64,000 bases of DNA from Felis catus (Eukaryota). Below are positions 51,184 through 61,420 of this stretch, piece after piece; positions within the stretch are counted from its first letter, which is position 1; every line of letters begins with the position of its first letter. The notes under the pieces are model-generated. The model saw only the letters and a program-made list of their open reading frames with translations. It was not told the origin of the DNA and did not search any database. The stretch lies in contig NC_058368.1 in assembly GCF_018350175.1 (NCBI RefSeq), positions 36,706,001 through 36,770,000 on the forward strand. The letters are read 5' to 3'. Made by a program: the position numbers and the translations under genes.

Positions 51184-51403
51184 GGGGCGCCTGGGTGGCG
51201 CAGTCGGTTAAGCATCCGACTTCAGCCAGGTCACGATCTCGCGGTCCGTGAGTTCGAGCCCCGCGTCGGGCTCTGGGCTGTTGGCTCGGAGCCTGGAGCC
51301 TGTTTTTGATTCTGTGTCTCCCTCTCTCTCTGCCCCTCCCCCGTTCATGCTCTGTCTCTCTCTGTCCCAAAAATAAATAAAAAACATTGAAAAAAAATTA
51401 AAA
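51184..51403 (+). mobile_element. Young SINEC_Fc
   Basis: TSD aaaaaattaggacaag at 51169-51184 and 51404-51419. Confidence 0.97.
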
Positions 51404-52534
51404 AAAAAATTAGGACAAGCCTATGCCATCAAGGCATCTGTAGTTTTGTGGGAGAGATGTGAATGTAAATCACACTAATATTTTAGGGCTGTGATAGGGG
51501 CAAGTTCCAAGAGCCCTGGAATGATGTGGTAGAGAATGGAGCTGAACTGTTATCTGGGCAGAGCTTTGTGTGTTTGTATGTATGTGCATCTTTAAGCGAA
51601 ACTGAGACCTCTGTGATCATCTGGGTTAGCTTTCTGTTCTGTGTCCTTCACTGACCTGTTGAGCTCTGACCTCATCCCACCCCTACAGCTGTATGGAATC
51701 CTCTGGTCTTCCTCTTTAAACCCTGTTGTTAAGAAATGAGCTACCTGCTCACCCTGAGATATATATAATTGATGATCCTTTGTGTTTTCATGGAGGTTTT
51801 TCATTTTAGCAGACAGACCGCAGTGGGACTTGGGGAGTGGCAGCCTGGGTTGGGGAGGTATGTATAGGTGTGTGTAAATGGGAGTGGGAGCCCCCAGAGC
51901 TCCTTGTTATCCCACCAGGTGGCTACCTTTTATTACTACATGAGAGTCTGGCTGCAAAATTTAGGAATTTAAGGTAGGAACTGAGGGGTGAGAGAGGAGT
52001 ATCAGCTGCTGCTAATAGCTTACAGTGGTCATTAGTTGGAAATGAAACACTAATTCAGAGAAGTGCTGAGTAAGAGGAGAAGAGGAAAATTAAGGGAAAT
52101 GAAACTCCAATGAACAGTTGATCATGTCGTAATTAGCAGTGGAAATCGATGAGGTGAAAATGTCAGCTTGCTCCAAAAGAGGTTTTCCTGGTTTTTAAAA
52201 TAACCAGTAGGGTCCCATATTCATCCTCCATTTTAGTAATGATTAACATATTCATATTTTTTTGTTTCTTCATCATCACAGGGGCTTTCAAATTACTATT
52301 TTCTTGAATGCCTAAAGATGACATTGCCTTATTTTTATGTTACATATGAATAAATGAAGTTTTATGTTTTATATGAATGCCATATATGAGGAATGATCAT
52401 TGCTCCAAGGCAAACTAGATTCTTGACCTCGATCAAGTTCAGTTCATGGTTTTATGGGTAGTAAAGCCAGGACCTCCATATTTTGGTCTCACAGCTATAC
52501 AATATGGGCAAGCTGTAGTGACGGAAGAGTTATT

Positions 52535-52757
52535 TTTTTTTTTAATTTTTTTTTTCAACGTTTATTTATTTTTGGGACAGAGAGAGACAGAGCATGAACG
52601 GGGGAGGGGCAGAGAGAGAGGGAGACACAGAATCGGAAACAGCTCCAGGCTCTGAGCCATCAGCCCAGAGCCCGACACGGGGCTCGAACTCACGGACCGC
52701 GAGATCGTGACCTGGCTGAAGTCGGACGCTTAACCGACTGCGCCACCCAGGCGCCCC
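52535..52757 (-). mobile_element. Young SINEC_Fc
   Basis: TSD tga(c/t)ggaagagttatt at 52519-52534 and 52758-52773. Confidence 0.97.
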
Positions 52758-52903
52758 TGATGGAAGAGTTATTAATACGATTCTCAGGCAAGCTTCTCTG
52801 AAAGTAAATAGAGACACAGCCATGGGGAGTTCAGCTCTTCTGTATGTGCTGTGACAAGTTAAAGAGTCAAAGATCCTTTCACTTTTAGATTTATGTTCAT
52901 TTT

Positions 52904-53012
52904 TTAAATAAGTTTATTTTTTGAGTAATCTCTCCACCCAACATGGGGCTTGAACTCACGACCCCGAGATCAAGAGTTGCGTGCTCTTCCAACTGAGCCA
53001 GTCAGGCACCCC
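52904..53012 (-). mobile_element. Short Can-SINE lacking the (CT)n tract
   Basis: tRNA-like head only; 17-bp TSD agatttatgttcatttt at 52887-52903 and 53013-53029. Confidence 0.9.
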
Positions 53013-54401
53013 AGATTTATGTTCATTTTGGTAGATTATTCATCCTGTGCCTTACCTATAGATTTAGAAAGTGAAGCTAAAGAAGCTTGGAACTTTTCCT
53101 CTGAGGCCTCCCTCCCCCGGAAGTAACTGTTGATGGGATGCTGAGGAAGTTCACAGCTGACCTCTTGTGTTGCCTTAGCCTCACCACACCAAGCCACGAA
53201 TGGCCATGGGTTTCCAGGCTTAAAGTTTTGCTGATAAGGTTGGACAAGTACATGCAAGTATTCCAAAACACTTCAAAATGTATTAATGTCTGGTAGGAGA
53301 TGAACATGTTGCCTGTCCTGAGATTTGACTTGCAATGATTTCCATGCTTTCCTTTCTTGGAGATGGCATCACAGCAGATGAGAAATACAAAACAAATTTC
53401 ATGAGCAAGAAGCACTCATGCTCTGAATTATCTGTTTGAGTTCTTTCAGATTTGAAATCAAGGAACCCATATAAGGACGTTGGTAGGTCAGCTAACCTGT
53501 GTTGTTTTACTATCAGGAAGGTCAACTGCAGTTTAAACATAAGCCTGACGTATCCCGCTGTTTAAAAGCTATGGGGAAAACACCGCATGACCTTCTGATT
53601 TGTTTGTCAAACTTGTCTGAGATGACGTGCATCTCTGCCTGCTTTTATGTGAGAGAGTAGAACACAGCTGGAATTCAAAACACTAAGAAAAATACTCAGG
53701 TGAAATATTTGTTGATAGATTTCCCCCTCTCTTTTTACTTTGAAATGAACAAAGCCATCGCTTTACAGCACTGTCAAGATTTGAAAACCCACAGAAAGTA
53801 AGATAGAGGTGGTAGTGGGGCATGCTTAGGTACTAAATGAATCATCCATTTAGCAGCAGCTAATTCATCTGTAGAACACTTTATAGGAAACACAAGAAGT
53901 CTGGATCTCTTTTGCCATCTTTCAGAGTTAGGGCAGGTCTTCAAAGCAAAAACTTTAATTGCATGGCAAGGTTTGGGATTATACAAATCTAGGCTTCATG
54001 AAGATAAGACCACCATAGTAGGAAAATAAAAGAAGTCAATCATCGAACAATATAAATAACATACAAGTGTTTTGAAATCTATCAATAAAAACTAATTAAG
54101 TATACATCAGTGCTTATCTCAGGGAATTGGAGCATTGATTATCCATAGTGTATGCAACAGAACTTGGTAAGAGCACTGAAAAGCGACCTCTTTGCCATTT
54201 CCCAAAGACCTGTATAATTAAGCAAATGACATTCTTTGATTTCCCATGTGCTGGCCTGGAACACTGAATTTCATAGTTCATTAGAACGCGTTGTTCATGC
54301 ATTGTTAGAAATTGCAGGTTCCAGCCATGGTGGTGGCTGAAACAGACAGACTCAGGGAGAAGAAGGTAGATTATGAAACCATGTATTTTGGAGTGTTTTT
54401 A

Positions 54402-54633
54402 TTTTTTTTTATTATTTTATTATTTTTTTTAACGTTTATTTATTTTTGAGACAGAGAGAGACAGAGCATGAACAGGGGAGGGGCAGAGAGAGAGGGAGAC
54501 ACAGAATCTGAAACAGGCTCCAGGCTCTGAGCTGTCAGCACAGAGCCCGACGCGGGGCTTGAACTCACGGACCGTGAGATCATGACCTGAGCCGAAGTCC
54601 GACGCTTAACCGACCAAGCCACCCAGGCGCCCC
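54402..54633 (-). mobile_element. SINEC_Fc
   Basis: TSD tggagtgttttta at 54389-54401 and 54634-54646. Confidence 0.96.
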
Positions 54634-55179
54634 TGGAGTGTTTTTAAAGTAAAAGTAATAAAGAATCTATAATATGCCTTGATTTGCTTATGCCCTTGTT
54701 AATAAAATTTCTAGAGTAACAAGAAGATGTTTCAGTATACTTTATGATAAAGATTTTTTTTAGTGCTAATTCCATCTGTATAATTGCCTAACAATCAGGG
54801 GCCACTTTAATTCCATGCTAAGGTTTGATGTATGGGGGAAAATCTCTCTGTCCTACAACAGGTCAAAATTAACAGTTAGTTGTCAGTTTCTATTTTATAG
54901 GAAGATTATAATGGGGTAATTGTCGGTGAGGTGTTTGTCTTAATCCTTTCTCTTGACCATTTTAAGATCTCTTTGGTGAAGGAAGCCAACTCAGGAATCA
55001 GTAAAAATGGAGTAAGAATTAGACAAAACTGAAATAGTTGTGGAAAGAAAAGATTTAAAACTGTATTCTGCATTGACTATTCACTGTTACCATTTTAGTT
55101 TTGGAAAAGGCTGATAATATCCATCCATAATCTCTTTGTAGTCACAGGAAGCTTCTTTCTTATTAATTCTGCTTCAGTA

Positions 55180-55410
55180 ACAATAGTAACTATAATTTAT
55201 ACAGCATCTACTTTGTGCCAGACACTATGCTAAATTTTTCATTCACATTACTCTCTGATATTGAAATCAAACCTTTGAGGTGTATATTGTAATTCTCACT
55301 TTACTAAGGAGAATAGTTGACTACACAGTTTGTCCAAAGTCATTGCTAATAAGCAGTAGAGGACTTTTAAGCCCATGTAAGCTTGACTTCAGAGCCCATG
55401 CCATTCCAAC
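55180..55410 (-). mobile_element. MIR
   Basis: ctactttgtgccagacactatgctaa...ttgtccaaagtcattgctaataagcagtagagg...tgacttcagagcccatgc. Confidence 0.7.
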
Positions 55411-55511
55411 TGCCATCCATTCCTCCCCACCCACTAAGTTACCCAAGTTTAGGAACAAGCAGAATGAGTAGGTATATTTCTCCTGAGCCCATCTTAGTAC
55501 ATAGAAGTTTG

Positions 55512-55512
<1 letters not shown>

Positions 55513-55554
<42 letters not shown>
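55513..55554. repeat. (TG)21 microsatellite
   Basis: Direct reading of the sequence. Confidence 0.95.
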
Positions 55555-55556
<2 letters not shown>

Positions 55557-55789
55557 AGATAAAAAAAAATGCCTGCCTTTCTCTTTAAAATTCAATGTCA
55601 TGCATTATTATTAGTTCTTAGAATAGATGACTCACTTATTTTACTACTTTAAAACAGCCAGGGATACAAATGGCAGGACAAATGGTTGCTGCTCATACAG
55701 TTTTTCTTAATTTGTGTGAGGATATTTTACTATACTAGTTGTATTTATAGATACAAGAGAAAATACAAGACTAGATGTGATCAGTCTGA

Positions 55790-56060
55790 GATATGCTAAT
55801 TATTTATTCTGTGAATATGCATCCACACTATACATAGTAACATTAAAGGAACCTTCACCACACAATCCATCAATATGTAGCTGTCAATCTGTCAGTTAAT
55901 TACAATTAATGCAGCTGGCAAGGTGGAACTCCAATGCATATTAACAATAGTTTGCATCCTTCAGTCATGGCATTTGAGCCATCATAGACTATGTGATGAA
56001 TACACATTAAAAATAATGCATCCTTTTCAGCTAAATAATTTTGACACAGTGATGACATGT
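55790..56060. promoter_or_regulatory. Candidate developmental enhancer (PBX-HOX plus MEIS/PREP plus homeodomain motifs)
   Basis: TGATGGATTG on the minus strand (55863-55872), CTGTCA at 55881 and 55889, TAATTA/AATTAAT at 55897-55910, CAGCTG at 55912. Confidence 0.45.
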
Positions 56061-57896
56061 TTTTCCCTCTTTTTCTAAAGTGCTTATATCATTTCTCTCC
56101 TCACTCAGCAAAACAAAAAAGAAAAAACTTTCAAAAGGACTAAGAAACTTCCGACTTAATTTCCATGTGCTGCATTGAATGGTGTCCTAAAAGCAGCTTG
56201 GGAAAAGTTTCTTGCTGTCTCTGCCCTGATTTCATTTTATTTTTGTCTATAATAGGCTGAAGTGCTTATTATAAGGAAGAGAATTTTGGCAGAACCTTAA
56301 GACAGAAATGGTTAAAAAGAAATGCTGTATATTGACAAATGTTTGCCTCTAAAAGACTTTTTCCTTTTAGTAATTGTATTCACCTAGGCACATGGAACTT
56401 TTTTTTGCCTAGTTACATGACATCTGAATGCATAGCCTATGTATGTGCAAGCTGGTATGGACATAGGCAAATGAGATTGTGAGAGCCTGTATTTGAGAAG
56501 TCCCACAAACTCCCACAGATGGCCTCAGAGCCTCCCTTACTTCAGTGATGCAAAGACCCTCACGGGCTTCTTTCGGTCCTTTGCACAATGGACTGAACCA
56601 CGTCTTGGAGTGTCTCACGTGTCCTCAGTGCCTCCAAATGGAGCAGCTACCTGCTCCATCCTCAAGAAACCTTCGCTTTCACTTCCCAACATCTCAGCTG
56701 CTTGAGTGGCTCCAGAAACCATGGCCAGATGCTATTCAAACCACCCCATCCTTTCTAACTTCTCCCTCATCTTTTTTGTTTGTTTGTTTGTTTCTGATTT
56801 GGATCAAAAAAAAATGTCTCTTGGAAGTTATGAGAGGCAGATTTAGTCTGATCCATTTACACTCTGAGAACTACATATTCCATGGGTACCTAACATCCTC
56901 ATCTAGGCTCATGTGCTTTTCTGCTCCTGCTCGGGGCAGTCAGCAGCTGATTGTCAGTGAGCTGAAGGTCATTATGTAGAAGTGCCGCTGCTGTGTAATT
57001 GCTGGCTTGAGTTTCCTGGCAGCTTGCAGCCATTGGATCTTGTGCCACCCAGAAGCCATTATTAGGAGGTGTACCCAATGCCATCGAGCTCTCACTATCT
57101 TAGTCACCTCCTAAGGAGTATGGCAGGGCTCCTCCAAGTATGCTCCAATTCTCTCCTTGGATACGGGGCAGAACTGACCGTGACAGTAATGTTCTTTCCG
57201 GAAAAGGCTCAGCTTGCCAAAACACTTAGTTCCTATGCTCTTCTCTGTTTTCACTGTCTTCACTCATTACATTTCAGTAATAGGTTAAACATGAACAAAA
57301 AATAAGATAAATTTAGGACTAATGATTAAAACACTGTAAAACCTCCACTCGTGGAAAAAAAAAATTGCATGTTTGATCAGTCTAGTCCAATGATTAAGTC
57401 TTTTTTGGGGGATTATTTATAGCAATGTACTCATAAGAATTATTTTCTTTCTTTTTTCATGTTAACGCGTTTACAGTTAAACCCATTGCATTCCATCAAG
57501 ATTCCTTGTTAAAGGCTGTAACTTACTGTTCTGTCCTAGTCATAGCATGTATCAGTAACCTTCTTGACAATAAATGAATTTTATTTTGATGCTTGCTGTC
57601 AGATGCTTTTGAAAGGGCGCATATATGATAAAGATTATTGTGATTCCTCATTGTTAAAAGTGAAAATATAATAGAAGAAAATATTTTCCATTTTTTTATA
57701 GTAACTAAGTTGTGGGAAAAGCTTGGTTTTCCCAAACAAAGAAAAATACTATTAAATATCACCTATCTCCTAAAAATTATATTGAGACTCTAATAAAACG
57801 GCCATCTAGTAACTATTTATATCCCCTTCAACCATGATCCATGAAAATTGTTCTTTTCATTAATGATCATTTGTTATTGTCTGAATGGAAAGAACA

Positions 57897-58098
57897 GGGG
57901 CTCCTGGGTAGCTCAGTTGGTTAAGCATCCGACTTCTGCTCAGGTCATGATCTCTCAGCTTGTCAGCCGCACATGGGACTCTGTATTGACAGCTTGGAGC
58001 CTGGAGCCTGCTTCACATTCTGTGTCTCCCTCTCTCTTTGCCCCTTCCCCACTTGCGTGCTGTCTCTCTCTTTCTGAAATATAAATATTTTAAAAATT
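57897..58098 (+). mobile_element. SINEC_Fc
   Basis: 16-bp TSD tgaatggaaagaacag at 57882-57897 and 58099-58114. Confidence 0.95.
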
Positions 58099-58353
58099 TG
58101 AATGGAAAGAACAGTATTTTGGGACATAGTTCTTGCAAAGTGACCCTTATGTGTTTAATTCAAAGCATGCTATCTTTCCTTCAGTTGTGATTTATCTATG
58201 CCTTGTAATATAGAACAAAGGATAAGTTTTGAATTACACAGCATGAATTATGGTGATCCTCTGGAACACATTACAACCAGAAAGAGCATAATTATTCATA
58301 CAGGATACTCATTTGCTTAATTTCTGCCTCAATTATTTATTTTTACCTTTGAC

Positions 58354-58355
<2 letters not shown>

Positions 58356-58395
<40 letters not shown>

Positions 58396-58412
58396 AGAGA
58401 GAGAAAGAGAGA
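58356..58412. repeat. (TG)n(GA)n microsatellite
   Basis: Direct reading of the sequence. Confidence 0.9.
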
Positions 58413-59889
58413 ATAAAATAAAAACATTCAGCTTCAGAACTTAATATTTTGATCTAGAACTATTTAGAAATTTGCAAACTGTTAGATCACTAATCTCAAA
58501 AACCTCATGAATTTCCTCCATTTTAGTAGCAGTGGGAATAAGAAAACCAGTTCAGTCATGGACAGTTTGGCATTTTTCAAATAGGTAAAAAAAAAAAAAA
58601 AAAAAAAAAGAAAACTAACTGCCTCAATGCTGATATCTATGTCAAGTCTGTATTTTCTTCCCATCATTTTTTTCTATAATAATCATCTGGAATGAAAAGA
58701 AAAAAAGAAACATCTTGTAGTTTGGAAAGTACTTACTTTAAACTCAGTGTACAACTACTTGCACAAAACAGGCCCTATAGTCTAAGACTAGGGAGTCCTA
58801 ACCTCATCATGCTTCCAGTGCCTTTGAGAGTTTGGAGAGGGCTCAGGTTCTTTGTACCTGGAAGCAAATAATTTTTCTTTAAGGTTTTTAAAGCAAATTG
58901 TTCTTTGTTCATTTCGGTAGAGTGTTTTGAAACCCTAAATCTGACCAGAAGATGAGGGAGGTAGGGGGAGGCTCTGTAGTCACCATGAAAAATCCTTCAA
59001 GAAGATTTCATCAGTTTGGAAGATGGATTTTTTTGTTGACATTTTTCCTTTCATTTGACTGAATTATGTCTGGAGAAAAAAAGGAAGAGTGAGAAGGCAT
59101 GGGGGAGAGGGAGAGAAAGAGAACGAAAGAAAAAAACAAGGTTTCTATAGAAGTTTATCTACATAGACTAGAAATGTATAGAATAAAAGGTTAGCCAGTT
59201 TATTAACTTTGGGCATTTTGTGGTTGAGAATGATGATTGCTGATGGATCCAATCCATTGAGCAGACGGAATGTACTATGGGTTCATCTTGTACAGGTAGA
59301 TATGGCCAAAGTCCATTGGCTTCTTGGAATAATGCAAATGAAAATTAGAGGTGGCATGAAATCTGGATATATGAAAAAAGCATTTTACTTCAGAGCTTTA
59401 ACTGAAATCACTAGCTGGTATGGTATTACTTTTCAACAATTATTTAATTTTTATTTTTTATTTTTTATTTATTTTTTTTTTTTGCTTGCTGTGGGAATCG
59501 TGGTGACACTGTATCAACTTACAGTATTTACTTAGAACACTTCACTCCCTCAAACAAACCTCCTGCAGGTTAGTTCTGAGAAGCTTAACATCATCTTCAT
59601 CACTCTAATTCACTGGAGGAGAATTAAACATGACTGGACCTTGGAAAAGTGACTATAACTTTGTGCTATGATATTAAAAAAACAACCCAGAAAGTCACTG
59701 CAATTACCTTATAGGCATACACAAGTAGAGGCAGCTGCCAAATGTATGTGATGTCTGACTGAGCTATAAATCAGCAAAGCATGACAGGCAGTTCCCATTA
59801 TCAGGGACCTCATGAGACATCACAGTTTCATTGTAGTGGAATTTTGTTATTTTCAGAACCTTGCTCAAATTGTCCAGTTTTCAAGACTA

Positions 59890-60445
59890 CAAATGACATA
59901 CGTGGCACCCAGTTTCTCCAGAGATAACAAGGCAGTAGAAAAGACCTGCCTTCTTAGAAGTAATAAAAGAGTACAGCCAGATTGTTGGGTACAAGATCAG
60001 CATATAAAAATCAATTGCTTGCCTATATCCTGGCAATTACCCATTAGAAAATGGAGTTGCAAAAAGGATCTATTCAAAATTGCAAGAAAACCTATCTAGT
60101 ATCTGGAAATAAACCTTACAAAGAGTGCAAGTGCTTTAAGGAGAAACATTCAATGAAAAGCAAACTGTAAATATTACATTCACCATGAGATATTTACATT
60201 CAACATCACCCACAGAATATACTATTATATTTCAATGTATTTATGTAAAAGAATAAAAATGGACTAGGAGGATATACACCAAATTCATAGTGTCTAGAAA
60301 ATGAGGATTGCGGGTAGTATTGGATTGATGGTCAAAGGAGACTGTAGTTTTATTTTTGTACTAAAAATAAGACATTTAGTTTTATTTGGGATTTTCACAT
60401 TCTCTTGCAGAGAATTTATTCATATATTACTTGTGTATTAAAAGT
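59890..60445 (+). mobile_element. Ancient L1ME fragments
   Basis: tgggtacaagatcagcatataaaaatcaattgc...tatctggaaataaacctt (L1 ORF2 RT region) and a 3'-end-like aggatatacaccaaa...tcatatattacttgtgta. Confidence 0.6.
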
Positions 60446-61254
60446 TTATATATGGAGAAAGTATTAGAATAATAGAAACAAATAGATCATAACACTGATT
60501 TTGTATGCTAAAAATATGGATGATTCTTATTTTCTTTTTACTTTCTTTTTGTGTTTTCCAAATTTTATTTCCCATTGTCTCAGAAAAATACCTGCTAAAA
60601 TTTAGTTCGAGAATATTAAGGGCTAAAAATAGAAGGCCAGGCAGAGGAGAAAAGAGCCAGGGGCATGATAACATGCTAGGAAAAAGCAAACCGGAACAAT
60701 TTGGACACATTGGGCCAAGGTTGAAATTCAATGTTATCACTCTGGAAATTGAGTCAAAATTTTGGTGAGGTTTCCCCAACTTAGTAACTGGACGTAATGA
60801 TAGATAATTGAAAGGATTAAGGGTAATGAGTTTAAAGAACCTTCTATAGCACCTGCTACATATGAGATTTTTTAAAAGGTGGGAATCTGAGGATGAGAAT
60901 CTAAAAAAAGAGATGTGAAAAATTTAGCAGTCTTAATCAAGTTATCAGCCTAGGGGAAGCTGAATATCTAGGAAAAATGTATCTTATAACTAGATTTAGG
61001 ACCATAGACATGAAGAATTAACTAAAAGTGAGTCATATCAAGATACATTAAGTGGTATTAGGATTATTCCAGTAGGAGAAGTAGAGCAAGTTGGAATTCC
61101 AACCAGAGGCTGATGGCCAATTAATAAAGACTCTCAGATTCTCTGCTCCATTAGGAACAGCCTATTATTTTGACAGGTGAATAATACCAGCCTCATGATG
61201 GTGGTGGTGACATTCTGTATACATACAGATGTATATAAAATATATATGATGGAT

Positions 61255-61420
61255 CGCACTTATTGAATAACCTATTGTACGTCAGCCACTGGTTTAAGAA
61301 CTTTGCATTCTTAGAGCTTTGCATTAATACCTCACAACAATCTTATATTTATAGATGAGAAAATAGGCCCAGAGAGGTGTAGTAACATGTCAAGGTCACA
61401 GAGCTAATGAATGACATCTG
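61255..61420 (-). mobile_element. MIR
   Basis: cacttattgaatacctat...cctcacaacaa...agatgagaaaataggcccagagagg...caaggtcacagagcta. Confidence 0.8.

Noticed and set aside
41..54622. Recurrent ORFs containing RETEHERGRGRERGRHRI or GAWVAQSVKRPTSAQVMISR (e.g. 41-238, 5804-6040, 31732-31971, 33422-33640, 48501-48839, 52566-52823, 54440-54622)
   Set aside because: They are translations of Can-SINE sequence, not genes.
56545..56979. 144-aa + strand ORF
   Set aside because: No motif or homology that I recognise; it crosses low-complexity T/A runs and has no supporting exon structure.
151..58098. tRNA-like A/B box sequences
   Set aside because: All belong to tRNA-derived SINE heads; no standalone tRNA cloverleaf was found.
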